From positions 1 to 54,710 of the IMG/VR virus record IMGVR_UViG_3300025117_000080: 54,710 nucleotides of DNA. The stretch is one strand, 5' to 3'. A program made the translations under genes and the position numbers. Below are positions 26,348 through 36,032 of the stretch, in pieces. This stretch comes from a virus (lineage: Duplodnaviria; Caudoviricetes). Position 1 is the first letter of the stretch; every line of letters begins with the position of its first letter. The notes beneath the pieces are model-generated. The model saw nothing but the letters and a program-made list of their open reading frames with translations, was not told the origin of the DNA and made no database searches.

Positions 26348-27458
26348 CCCCATACCCCTTTATCGAAAACCCTGTCGGCGGTGCTGGTGTGGGTGTTGGG
26401 GTAGGTGTTGGGGTTGGTGTTGCTGGTGCCGCGCTTATTGAAAAGTCGGCGCTTGCCGCTGAACTCTGGTTGCTTGATCCGTCTTGGCATAGCATGTCAT
26501 ATTGATACGAAGCGTCACATGCCAAAGAAAGCGTTTGGGCGTGTACCGTTCCGCCCGTTGTTGACATTGGCGTCATGGCGGCCCAGGCTGTCCCGTTGGC
26601 CCCGTAACGACAGGTCGCGGTTTCGCTTGAGGTAACGCCAAGGGTCACGTTGCGCGGGTCGCTGGTGCAAGTCTGTGTGGTCGTAGGGTAAGCACCTGAT
26701 AGGGTGGGGGGCGTTGAATCTGGCGTTGGGCTTGGCGTCGGTGTTGGGGTTGCCCCTGGGATGGCATCGTAAACCGTAATATCGTCGATGTAATGGATCG
26801 AGTTGGTCATTTGCGCTCCGGTTCCTGGATTTCCGGTGACACAAACCCAATCAACGTACTCAGCGTCGTCTCCGGTAGCCAACCACATCTTTGAGGTTGA
26901 TTGATACCGAAGGACGCCGTTGAACCAAATGCGGATTGTACCGTTAGCCGTTCCGGGTGTGTTGTAGATCCACTGGACCATGATTTGGGTCCAGCTTCCA
27001 AGACCCATGTTTGTCCACGAACCGCCAAGAGCGCCGACTCCAGACGCAACATTGTTAGAATCTCTGAAGACTCCGCCATAGTAGTACCAGGGAGAACTGC
27101 TCTCAACAACGAAAGCCTCTATGTATGGGTTATCCTCTGGTGTCGTTCCCCTTAACCTGAAGAACTTGACACCCTCAGAATCGTCCCAACTTTCTGTATA
27201 CCAATAAAAGACGACTACGACTTCGGGAACATCGAGTGACGCGCCGATCCCCCGGAATAGCTTATCTCCTGGGTAACTGTTTATGATCCGTACAGAATGA
27301 GTGCCACCGTGAGCCCTGGCAGTTGAAAGACTCACACCTGAACCAGCCGACCAGCCTTCGAGAGTGTTCGACTCGAAGGTGGTTGTCGCCAGAATCTCAG
27401 CGGCCCCGGCGTAAGTCGGAAAGAGCAGACACAGTAAGAGGAGAAGTCTTATTGCCAT
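26331..27458 (-). CDS. Secreted protein: ConA/polysaccharide-lyase-like beta-sandwich, PT linker, Ig/FN3-like domain, PT linker
   Basis: Signal MAIRLLLLLCLLFPTYAGA; ANGTIRIWFNG, YIDDITV; (PT)n. Confidence 0.75.
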   Translation of the reverse strand: MAIRLLLLLCLLFPTYAGAAEILATTTFESNTLEGWSAGSGVSLSTARAHGGTHSVRIINSYPGDKLFRGIGASLDVPEVVVVFYWYTESWDDSEGVKFFRLRGTTPEDNPYIEAFVVESSSPWYYYGGVFRDSNNVASGVGALGGSWTNMGLGSWTQIMVQWIYNTPGTANGTIRIWFNGVLRYQSTSKMWLATGDDAEYVDWVCVTGNPGTGAQMTNSIHYIDDITVYDAIPGATPTPTPSPTPDSTPPTLSGAYPTTTQTCTSDPRNVTLGVTSSETATCRYGANGTAWAAMTPMSTTGGTVHAQTLSLACDASYQYDMLCQDGSSNQSSAASADFSISAAPATPTPTPTPTPTPAPPTGFSIKGYGATFYK

Positions 27459-29200
27459 GAATCGTACACTCTCACGTTTTTAATATAAAATGCAGGCGCT
27501 ACACCCGAAGCGTTGCCAACATTCATTTCAACCGGAGCTGTGTCAAAAGCCGTCAGGTCGGTTGTGGCCGTGGCCGTTATTCCTTCCACTGTCACGCTTA
27601 CGCTCGGGTCCGTAGCTCCCGCTCTCCATTTGGCTTCAAGGTGATACCAAGTATCGACCACAAGGCCAGCGGCGGCGGTTGTTGCCCTTACGGGTCCGGC
27701 GTTCGATCCTTCGTATTGAACCCGTATGTCGTCTCCGTCATAGAGCATAATTATGAACTCATCCTGAGAACTTTCTCCAACCAGAGAAAACAGCCAGCCG
27801 GAGTTTGCCCATGTCGCCACTCGGAAATCGAAAGAAACAGTTCCGGCTGAGTAATCCCAGAGATCGTAAGATGAGAGATCGAAACTTGCTGTATCGTAGG
27901 CACCCGGAATGTACAAGGCATAGCCGGTAGACCCAAGACCGGAAACGTCTTCCCCGCTTGCGGAGCTTTCAAGTGTTACGGTCAGGTCTCCAGCAGAACA
28001 TCCCCCGTTATCGGTTGATATGTCTTCGGTAGTTACGAAGTCCGCGAGCATTGGCCAGTTGAACGTAATGCCCCCGGTGCAAGTCGTGCCACCTCCTGCC
28101 GCCGTGGTCACGTTGAAAGCTCTTATCATGCCGCCCACATTAAGCGAAGTCGTCGTGGTCGTGCTGTTAAGAGAACTTGATTCAAGGTAAACCGTAACCT
28201 CATCGTTAAGGGCCACGGTTCCAGCCGTTGAAGTCCTTGCCCCTGCGTTGATCTGATATTCCCCGCCCCCGCCAGAAATGGAAATGCTCGTCGTGGAGTC
28301 TATATCCGTGACGGTCATGTTGTCGTCATACTCGGTCGTTACGTTGGCATCGGCAACATCGTCAAAAGAATAGTCAGCCGGATAGCTGTCAACCCCAGAT
28401 GTCCCAAGAGCCGCCGCTATAGCCGCCTGAACAGCCGCCATTGTCGCCACTCTATTTGAACTGTCGCTTGCAGCTTGAGTCGGTGCCGTGACTTCCCCGG
28501 CGAAATCAATCTGACCACTCATGACAAAGTTGCCAGACTCGTCAACGTACCCGCCCTTTATTTCTGTGGGGTCGTTCTCGTTATAGCCCTGCCTGTAAAG
28601 CTTCCATTCGCCGCCAATGTTTTCGGCCCAAATCCAGAACTCTCCTGAAGCTATGGCCCTTGAAAACGTGATTGTGTTGCCTGTAAAAGAGGCCCCGCAC
28701 TCACCGTCAACGCAAGTGTCGTTGTGAACCGAAGTATTGTATTCATGGGCGAGCCGTTCGGTATCCGTTGAAGCTGTGGCCGCTGCTTGCTTATCCGTGT
28801 CCAATTCGTTGAGGGCGGCTTGTACCGTGACCGCTGCAATATCTCCGGCAGGCGTGTTGACTACCTCTGCCGCCGTCTGGTCATCGGTGGTCGCTTCTAC
28901 AGCGGTTTCGATGGCCTGTAAAGCTGCGTATATAGTGGATGAATCGGCAATCGTGGAGCCCGTGAAGGTTCCAAGGTTTTCAGAATTTGCGGCCACACCC
29001 GAGAGCGTTACGAGATCCGCAATATCGCCGGCATTGTCGTTTACCGCATTGTTCATCGCGTTGGCCTGGGTAGCCGTGAACGTGCCGCCTGTTGAGAACG
29101 GCGAAGTTCCAAGGCCGGTATCCCCCTTGGTATCCTCAAGGCGGTGATGGGCGCACGATGCGAGAAACAGGATCAGAATCAGTGGTAAAAGTTTCTTCAT
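27449..29200 (-). CDS. Lipoprotein with tail-fibre-like repeats and C-terminal LamG/ConA-like domain
   Basis: MKKLLPLILILFLASC lipobox; LSGVAANSENLGTFTGSTIAD, VQAALNELD, APTQAASDSSNRVAT motifs. Confidence 0.75.
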   Translation of the reverse strand: MKKLLPLILILFLASCAHHRLEDTKGDTGLGTSPFSTGGTFTATQANAMNNAVNDNAGDIADLVTLSGVAANSENLGTFTGSTIADSSTIYAALQAIETAVEATTDDQTAAEVVNTPAGDIAAVTVQAALNELDTDKQAAATASTDTERLAHEYNTSVHNDTCVDGECGASFTGNTITFSRAIASGEFWIWAENIGGEWKLYRQGYNENDPTEIKGGYVDESGNFVMSGQIDFAGEVTAPTQAASDSSNRVATMAAVQAAIAAALGTSGVDSYPADYSFDDVADANVTTEYDDNMTVTDIDSTTSISISGGGGEYQINAGARTSTAGTVALNDEVTVYLESSSLNSTTTTTSLNVGGMIRAFNVTTAAGGGTTCTGGITFNWPMLADFVTTEDISTDNGGCSAGDLTVTLESSASGEDVSGLGSTGYALYIPGAYDTASFDLSSYDLWDYSAGTVSFDFRVATWANSGWLFSLVGESSQDEFIIMLYDGDDIRVQYEGSNAGPVRATTAAAGLVVDTWYHLEAKWRAGATDPSVSVTVEGITATATTDLTAFDTAPVEMNVGNASGVAPAFYIKNVRVYDSWQ

Positions 29201-29829
29201 GGTTTGCATACTCCACATGGTTTGTATCCCTGGGCCACGGCGTCTTCAGGTGTGGCGAATCGTGCAGTGCAGGAAAGGCAATCGTGATACCGGCAACCCT
29301 CCCGGTGGAATGTCCGGGTGAGGATATTGCCGGAATATGGCGCCTGGGACTCATCGGGCTGAACGGTCACGATCCAGAGTTTGCCCATGTCGTTTGCAGT
29401 GTACTCCCCGGGGGCTAACTCAGTGATCGGAGAACCGTCCTTGAGCAGCACGAATCCCCTGGGAGGTGATGGCGTGGCTGTTGGTGTTGGCGTAGGTTCG
29501 ACGGTCGGCTCGGGAGTAGGCGTGGGAGTGGGTGTCGTGGAAACAAACAGGACCTCGTTGGAATTGCCGCTCTGAATTGTACCGGCATATGCGCGCACGA
29601 CGAAGTAGTATTCTGTGTCGTCGGCCAGATCGTAGACCGTGGCCGTGGTCCTCGTGCCAGACCAGACCGGCGCGGAATAGTTGTAATTCCCGCCATGCTC
29701 CCGTTGGTAGAGCCGATAGCCTTCGGGCGCTGGATTATTCGCATCCCATTGCAGCGTGACCTGGGCGGCTTGCGCGACGGCGCAAAACGCGCACGTTATG
29801 AGCAAGGCGGTCAATAGGGCTTTCTTCAT
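29197..29829 (-). CDS. Secreted FN3 + PT linker + Ada-type Zn-binding domain protein
   Basis: Signal ...AVAQA; VTLQWD..GYRLY..YYFVVRAY..SNEV; FHREGC...GYKPCGVCKP. Confidence 0.82.
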   Translation of the reverse strand: MKKALLTALLITCAFCAVAQAAQVTLQWDANNPAPEGYRLYQREHGGNYNYSAPVWSGTRTTATVYDLADDTEYYFVVRAYAGTIQSGNSNEVLFVSTTPTPTPTPEPTVEPTPTPTATPSPPRGFVLLKDGSPITELAPGEYTANDMGKLWIVTVQPDESQAPYSGNILTRTFHREGCRYHDCLSCTARFATPEDAVAQGYKPCGVCKP

Positions 29830-29962
29830 TTCTGGTCATCCTTTCGCGCTGGAGCACGCTTTCCACTATGTCGGCGATGCGTTCAAGTTCTACCGCTTTA
29901 ACGTACCCCACATAAATCGTTTCCGGCATTCTGCCCCCAGGGTGCGTTCACACCTTCATTAC

Positions 29963-31627
29963 CTACCTGATCGATAATCCACTCCCGCCGCCCCCGGACA
30001 TCGTTGTCGGCCCCGGTGTCGGGGTAGGCGTCGGAGTCGGAGTGGGCTCTCCTGTCGTGTACTCATAGGCCCCGATGTCCCACGTAGTACTTTGTGGCCG
30101 AGTTGTCCCCGAGATATCTTTTGCTATCGACAAACTGTAGCGCGTAGAAAAATCAGTGAAAACCTGATGGGCGACACCCGCGCCAATGGCAGGGGAAAGA
30201 GCGCCAAGGAAAAAGATGTCCCCGGCCTCATTGGTAAATAGCGGGTCGGCCTCCGTTGGGCAGTGATCGCATTCAGTCGTTGCTGTCGCCAGAGCCGAGG
30301 CGCTTGTATAAGTTGTCCCTCCCCAATACGTTCGCATGCCAGAATCATGGAGAATATAGTCGATGTCTGCCGTGGTCGTTGTTTGTACCATGATGTCGTA
30401 AGCAGATGCGTCTGAGCGGTCTGAAATCAGGTTATTGGCGACCTGGATGTTTGCATTTCCAGTCGAGAATTGGATGCCCTTATCGCAGTTGTGGATGGTG
30501 TTTCCGACTATGCTTCCTGCGCTGGAAGTCGCTCTCATGTGCAGAGCCACGCCAGAACCATAGTAACTGGTCGCATCGGTCGATCCGTCAATATCCCTTA
30601 CGACGTTCCCGATATAGTTGATATTCGAGCCGCCCGTACAAATCACACCGACCGCACACGAATAAATCAGGTTGTTTATTATCCAGTTATATTCAGTATC
30701 TTCGTGGAGTACGATGCCCGCACCCTCGTCATCTCCATGTGCGGTGTCCATGCCGTAACAGGTGTTGCCTGATATTATAATATCCGAGCCATCTTTAACG
30801 TCTATGCAGTTCTCTTTGTTCTCATACATCGTATTCGCACCGATGTAGATATAGGCCGGAAAAGTGGTTCCGGATGCTTCCCCGGTTTGAACCGAATCGC
30901 CCTGAACATGGTAGATGGTGTTGGATAGTATCCAAACATGATTCGCAAAGTATCTCGGCTTCATCCCATGGAAGTCTGCCGCGCTGTCGCTCGTCCACAA
31001 GCCAAGACCGCTTACTGTGCAACCATATACAATCAAATTAGTATTTTGATTATCGGCATCCGTGCCATCAAAGCCAATCCCGGCCCCATTGGTGCCGACC
31101 TCTGTCCCGGGGCCTACTATGCTGGCATTTCGAAACACTCCGTTGGTAGATTGAGGCCCGAATGCGAAGCCTGATGTGGTGTCAAGATTTATTTCTTCAA
31201 CATAGAAGTACGTCCCAAGTGCCGCGAAGGCATTGAACGTCGGCTCCGCTCCATGGACTCCTTTGATCCAAACGGGGCCAGCGCTATTTGCGGACCATGC
31301 CGCGCTGGTGCCATTACAGGTTATGACCGGGCTGGTATTAAAATCATCCCCGGCGATGATTACCAGGCTCCCTGCGGGAAGCGTTGTAGGTATCGTCAGC
31401 CTCGGTGCCCCCGGCCTACCATACGTTCTTCCGCTGTCCGTGCCAGACGAATCCACATAGTAATATCCCGCAACCTCGCTTGTCCATGGGTCCGGCTGTG
31501 CTGGGGCAACATCATCGATAGGGTTCTGCGTGCCGCCCCATGAAGCCGCTGGATCGGGAATGCCGACAGGCGGTGTATAGGCGAACACCGGACTTGCTAT
31601 CAGAAGCAGGATGGCTAAGTATTTCAT
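29963..31627 (-). CDS. Secreted right-handed parallel beta-helix protein (pectate-lyase/depolymerase-like)
   Basis: Signal MKYLAILLLIASPVFA; N(T/L)I repeats, ENCIDVK; SPAIGAG...RPQ...DIGAYEY; PT tail. Confidence 0.82.
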   Translation of the reverse strand: MKYLAILLLIASPVFAYTPPVGIPDPAASWGGTQNPIDDVAPAQPDPWTSEVAGYYYVDSSGTDSGRTYGRPGAPRLTIPTTLPAGSLVIIAGDDFNTSPVITCNGTSAAWSANSAGPVWIKGVHGAEPTFNAFAALGTYFYVEEINLDTTSGFAFGPQSTNGVFRNASIVGPGTEVGTNGAGIGFDGTDADNQNTNLIVYGCTVSGLGLWTSDSAADFHGMKPRYFANHVWILSNTIYHVQGDSVQTGEASGTTFPAYIYIGANTMYENKENCIDVKDGSDIIISGNTCYGMDTAHGDDEGAGIVLHEDTEYNWIINNLIYSCAVGVICTGGSNINYIGNVVRDIDGSTDATSYYGSGVALHMRATSSAGSIVGNTIHNCDKGIQFSTGNANIQVANNLISDRSDASAYDIMVQTTTTADIDYILHDSGMRTYWGGTTYTSASALATATTECDHCPTEADPLFTNEAGDIFFLGALSPAIGAGVAHQVFTDFSTRYSLSIAKDISGTTRPQSTTWDIGAYEYTTGEPTPTPTPTPTPGPTTMSGGGGSGLSIR

Positions 31628-32382
31628 CAATCGGGGTTGCTCCCTATCGCGGCGTCATCTCCCCTTATGTGGTCAGCGATGTAGCTGATATTTGTGTGCT
31701 GAGACGGAAGGCGCAGATAAGTAAGAGCATATGTTGATACATAGGTCGCCACGGACACATTGTCACCGCTTGATGGCTTTGTGCCATCTGTCGAAAATGC
31801 TACCGTACAGGTGTCAGCGGCGTCATTATAGTCAACCCATAAATGGTAGGTGGTCCCGGTGGCAAGCGTCCCGACGGTGGCAGTTCCGTTCGTGGCATTT
31901 AGGCGCGCCTCAAGCACCGCTGCCGTGCCAGATATGTCAATTCGCGCCGCACACCTGGAGACCGCACCAGAATCAGTTAATGACAATAAAAATTGATCTG
32001 TGATGTTGCCCCAGGAAGGAAAGCGGATGAGTGCATAGCCAGAAACAAGCCCGGACACTGACGGAGATATGGTGAAGACGTCGGCCGTGTCTTCATCAAC
32101 ATAGAGGCTTTGGCTGCCCTCAAGAATGGTGGTAGTATAATCCCAATTTACAGTCCCACCAGCGGCGCTATCGGTCCATCCTGTCGGCGTGCCTGTTCCC
32201 TCTGCGTCTTCGCAAACCAAATAGCCATCGCAAGGGTCTGGTGTTGGCGTAGGTGTGGGTGTGGCACCGCCAGAACTTCGTGCCTTGATAACCGCTGCTT
32301 GTCTCTCTTGCAGAAGCCCGGCAGAAACAGAGTACGCGAAAACCCCTATTACTACTAAAATAATCCATGGTATTCTTTTCAT
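31627..32382 (-). CDS. Secreted PT-linker + ConA-like beta-sandwich protein
   Basis: Signal MKRIPWIILVVIGVFAYSVSA; TPTPTPTPDP; GTTYHLWVDY. Confidence 0.72.
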   Translation of the reverse strand: MKRIPWIILVVIGVFAYSVSAGLLQERQAAVIKARSSGGATPTPTPTPDPCDGYLVCEDAEGTGTPTGWTDSAAGGTVNWDYTTTILEGSQSLYVDEDTADVFTISPSVSGLVSGYALIRFPSWGNITDQFLLSLTDSGAVSRCAARIDISGTAAVLEARLNATNGTATVGTLATGTTYHLWVDYNDAADTCTVAFSTDGTKPSSGDNVSVATYVSTYALTYLRLPSQHTNISYIADHIRGDDAAIGSNPD

Positions 32383-32394
32383 AAAATCCTCATG

Positions 32395-35100
32395 TTACGG
32401 AGGCGTTGCCTCAGCCCACCCGGTACAGGTTGCCATCCAAGAGTTTGCCGCACGATATTGGAAGACGCACATGGCCCCCGAGGTTGACGAAGTAATGTTC
32501 TCATCCGAAGCGGCAGCAAGTCCGTTCATGACGATGGTGTCAGCGGTCCCGGTAGCCAATGGGTCAATGATGTTCGCGTTCGCGCCTTCCATGACGTAGG
32601 TAAAGTTCATACCTGCGGCTGGGTCGGGAAGCGCAGCGGTTCCGGCAGCATTGGCGATGAAGGTGCCCCCGTAGAGATTTCTTCCAGTGAAGTTCGTTGA
32701 AAAGTTGTCCGGGTCGTCGATTACGGGGGTTTGAGCGCCGCCAGTTACGATCCCGGTCGTTGCCGTTCCGATGGTCCCGAAGTCGAGCAGAGTGACTCCG
32801 GTTGAAGAAGATATGACAGCCGTGTTCGACGTATCGTCGAGGTTGATGTTGATATCCTCGTCAGAACCGTTGCCCTGTCCTAAGATGGTAACGGCTCCAT
32901 CGTTATCCGTTGTGATTAAAACCCCTCCGACGCCCATGGTAAGCCCAGCCCCGCCTACCGTTATGTCTCCAGTGAAGGTCGTGTCGGGCGTAATTGTCAC
33001 GCTCGCTGCACCGCTTGCGGCTATCTGAACTACCTCGTTGGAATCTACACCGATTACAGAGATGTCCGTTCCAGCCGCGTCAGCCTCAGAGTAGATATAC
33101 CCGGCGTTAGGAAGCCTGATAGCCCCCGCATCGGCTGGATCGGCACCGATGGAGATATTCCCATCAATGATAACCGTCCCGCCGTCAGACACAAAGGTAT
33201 GGTCCGTCACGTCGGCAGAACCATAATCCATGTCCGCTGCGCCGGTGGCGTCAATTGAATCCACCCCGGTCAAAGCACCTACCGTCGCGCTTGGAGCGGA
33301 TATGTTTTTGGTTGTCTCCCATTGGTCATCGGACTCGTCGAACTGAGCGATCAAGGTCTTTGCGCCGCCCTGGTTTGCGTAGATCAGAACATCGCTGTTC
33401 TCTGCGCCATCTGCTCCGTCAACGTAGGCGGCCTCGAAAGATGCACTCCATTTGTCGGTGCCGGGGTTGTCGGAGTCCCGGAGGTCAAAACCTGGGGCCG
33501 CCGAGGCAGCAAGGGTTAGGCTTTTGGCGGTCGTGTCGCCGTCAGCGTCTACCAAAAAGCCACCCGCTCCACCAGATATTGTTCCAACAGTGATATTGGG
33601 CGTTCCGGAAAGACCTCCCGCCGTTCCCGAAGCGTTGCCGGTCACATTTCCGGTCACCCCACCGTCAGCGTAGATCATGCCGTCAACTTCCAACATCCCG
33701 GTCACATAACCGTCTTGCCCATCCTGTGATTGCCCAGGAGAACCACCACCAACCTTCAGGTTTCCGGTCAAGATGGCTACGCCGTCAGCAGCGGGGGTTG
33801 TGATGGTGAGAAAGCCAGAATCAATCTTGTTGAAGACTGCCGTTTCGTTGGTTGCGTCTTGAAAGGTAATCGTCGGGGAATCGCCTACGCCGTCATCAAG
33901 TAGGATGTTGCCGGTCATCGTGCCCCCGGTAGTCGGCAGGCCCCCACCAGCAGCTACGGAATCGACATAGGCTTTGCGTGCAAACTGGTTGTCGGTCGTG
34001 GGGTCGGAAGCTGGGCCAACTGGAATGCCGGTCAAGGTAAGGACGTTCGTAGATGGATTAAAGCTTATCCCCGCGTCCGTTTCGGTGGCTTGACTTCCGG
34101 TCGCACCATCCACCAGAATAGGGTAGAAGGTGGCGTTGTCGTCGGCTGTGTCAACCGGGGTTACATTGTTCGGGGCCGAACTGCCCAATGATGCCGGGTC
34201 GGTGTAACCCTCGGTGCCGTCCGCGTTTCTATGCACCAGGTAAGCTGCCCCACCGGGAGCAGCAGGGGCCTCGGTGATCGTGTAGCTTGTGCTCGTCGCG
34301 CCTGATTGCCGCGTCAGGATGTTGTTGTTTGTGGAGTTCTTCAACTGGATTTTGCCGGTGATGCTGGAGCTTGTCCCGGCTGTGATAGCGTAATCTCCGG
34401 TCAGGTTGATCGTGGCAAAAACCGGGTTTGCCGTATTAAGCAACGACTGATTGCTTGCCGTCATCAGGCGCCATCCATCCGTGCCGTCGCCGTCGTCCGG
34501 CAAGATCGTTGTCGGGGAAGCCTCCGTAAGCGCTCCAGCGGTTTCATCATACTTGAAGGCGTAGGAAGTGACCGTTGAACCTGATATCGTGGTCACAAAC
34601 GCTATCTTTCCTTCGGATAATCCAGCGACAGGGATCGCGTCGAGATCGCCAGCGCCGCCGCCTATAAGCCCGGTCCGGTAATAGGGGAGGTCCGTGCCTG
34701 ATACGAGCGCCGCCTGCTTCTCGGTGTCCAGTTCGTTCAAAGCGTTCTGTACCGTCACGGCTGCTATATTCCCGGCTGGCGTGTTGGCGACCTCTGCGGC
34801 GGTCTGGTCGTCGGTGCCAGCTCCTGCGGCAAGGGTGGCTAAGGATACTCCAGCCGGGTTGTCGCCGTCCGTGAAGGTCATGGTGTTGGTTTCTTCGGCG
34901 ATACGTCCCGTAGCGCCGATAGTTGCGGCCCCCATCTTCATGTTTCCGGAATCGTCAACGCAACTCTTACCTGCAGGGCAGTTGGCGAGGTCGGAAACCT
35001 TCATGATCGGGCTTGGAGGCGTAGGTGGTCCCTTGACCTTTCCAAGATCATTGCACCCGCAAAACAGAAAGGCGACCAGGATAAGGGCTAATCGTTTCAT
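32395..35100 (-). CDS. Large lipoprotein-signal fibre-like protein
   Basis: MKRLALILVAFLFCGC; G/T/A/D-rich; KAYVD, LPTTGGTMTG, VTGNVTGNASGTA fibre motifs. Confidence 0.75.
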   Translation of the reverse strand: MKRLALILVAFLFCGCNDLGKVKGPPTPPSPIMKVSDLANCPAGKSCVDDSGNMKMGAATIGATGRIAEETNTMTFTDGDNPAGVSLATLAAGAGTDDQTAAEVANTPAGNIAAVTVQNALNELDTEKQAALVSGTDLPYYRTGLIGGGAGDLDAIPVAGLSEGKIAFVTTISGSTVTSYAFKYDETAGALTEASPTTILPDDGDGTDGWRLMTASNQSLLNTANPVFATINLTGDYAITAGTSSSITGKIQLKNSTNNNILTRQSGATSTSYTITEAPAAPGGAAYLVHRNADGTEGYTDPASLGSSAPNNVTPVDTADDNATFYPILVDGATGSQATETDAGISFNPSTNVLTLTGIPVGPASDPTTDNQFARKAYVDSVAAGGGLPTTGGTMTGNILLDDGVGDSPTITFQDATNETAVFNKIDSGFLTITTPAADGVAILTGNLKVGGGSPGQSQDGQDGYVTGMLEVDGMIYADGGVTGNVTGNASGTAGGLSGTPNITVGTISGGAGGFLVDADGDTTAKSLTLAASAAPGFDLRDSDNPGTDKWSASFEAAYVDGADGAENSDVLIYANQGGAKTLIAQFDESDDQWETTKNISAPSATVGALTGVDSIDATGAADMDYGSADVTDHTFVSDGGTVIIDGNISIGADPADAGAIRLPNAGYIYSEADAAGTDISVIGVDSNEVVQIAASGAASVTITPDTTFTGDITVGGAGLTMGVGGVLITTDNDGAVTILGQGNGSDEDININLDDTSNTAVISSSTGVTLLDFGTIGTATTGIVTGGAQTPVIDDPDNFSTNFTGRNLYGGTFIANAAGTAALPDPAAGMNFTYVMEGANANIIDPLATGTADTIVMNGLAAASDENITSSTSGAMCVFQYRAANSWMATCTGWAEATPP

Positions 35101-35537
35101 CAGTAAATCTCCACTTCTTTGATTTCTTTAGCGTCCCAATCGATGAGCGTTCCGAAGTTCCAAAATAAAAGACCCTCAGTCGTGGCCGCCATATTTATGC
35201 CGTGTCCAGGGACAACCAGAAAGGCAATGGCGTATGCCGGGTATGATCTTTGCCCGATGTGCTCAACTGCCCACTGCATGGTGACTTCGGCCTGATACCA
35301 TTTGGCGAAGTTTTCACAGTCCGATCCGTTTTCAGCGTAGGTTTCTTCGGGGATAAGACCCCTGCCGCTTACCTTTTGAACGGCATCAGCCATTCTCTTT
35401 TTTGCGTCTTCTGGCTCTGGGATGTGAAATGATTCATCAAAAAACCTGTCTTTGAAACCGAAAAACCCCCCGGCACCACTTGCGCGGATGAGCTTTTTTA
35501 GTTCTGCGGGGGTTACTGTTTTCAAATCTCTTCCCAC
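35100..35537 (-). CDS. Papain/transglutaminase-like Cys protease domain (MOA C-terminal-like)
   Basis: DCENFA...GHGIN putative Cys-His; TGATG coupling to the fibre gene. Confidence 0.6.
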   Translation of the reverse strand: MGRDLKTVTPAELKKLIRASGAGGFFGFKDRFFDESFHIPEPEDAKKRMADAVQKVSGRGLIPEETYAENGSDCENFAKWYQAEVTMQWAVEHIGQRSYPAYAIAFLVVPGHGINMAATTEGLLFWNFGTLIDWDAKEIKEVEIY

Positions 35538-35920
35538 ATATAGAAAACGATATGGATGGAAGTTGCGTTCCCGGCGTTAGAAATGACCGGCTCAAGCACC
35601 ATGTGATTCAGAAGTCCGAACCCGGTAGAGAGCGCTTTATTTCCCCCATTGGTAGATTCGGAAAGATTCGCGCCATCGCCGCCAAGGATATCTGCCCATT
35701 CGATTGTGGTTCCATCAGGTTTGCGGTACTTGGCCTTTAGAACAAGGTCCCAGGCGGCGGTGACTCCTGATCCCGGTACATAGGCAAAGGCGTAAAGTTC
35801 TCCGCCCTGAACCTCAAACGGAATGCCGCTCATATCCCCGCTTGCGTCAACTGTGCATTTGCAGACCACCGATCTTTTACGCCCGAAGTATTCTTGGTTG
35901 ATTGTCATCGTTCCTGGCAT
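35522..35920 (-). CDS. Hypothetical beta-rich protein, first gene of the secreted cassette
   Basis: RBS AAAGGA; beta-strand pattern; no signal peptide. Confidence 0.65.
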   Translation of the reverse strand: MPGTMTINQEYFGRKRSVVCKCTVDASGDMSGIPFEVQGGELYAFAYVPGSGVTAAWDLVLKAKYRKPDGTTIEWADILGGDGANLSESTNGGNKALSTGFGLLNHMVLEPVISNAGNATSIHIVFYMWEEI

Positions 35921-35936
35921 GTTTTGTTCCTTTCAG

Positions 35937-35991
35937 AAAAAGAAAGGCCGCACTCGGTTTACCCGGTGCGGCCCCTGTTGGTGGTCCTGCT
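35937..35991 (-). terminator. Leader motif plus intrinsic terminator upstream of the secreted cassette
   Basis: AGCAGGACCACCA, then GGCCGCAC/GTGCGGCC hairpin and TTTCTTTTT. Confidence 0.7.
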
Positions 35992-36003
35992 GTTATGTGA
36001 AAA

Positions 36004-36032
36004 AGATTACTTTAAGTTCATGAAAATATCAA
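36004..36032 (-). promoter_or_regulatory. Sigma70-type promoter for the secreted cassette
   Basis: TTGATA-17 nt-TAATCT. Confidence 0.55.

Noticed and set aside
26380-32270. (Pro-Thr)n tracts as DNA repeats or CRISPR-like arrays
   Set aside because: Codons vary synonymously; these are protein linkers with no repeat-spacer structure
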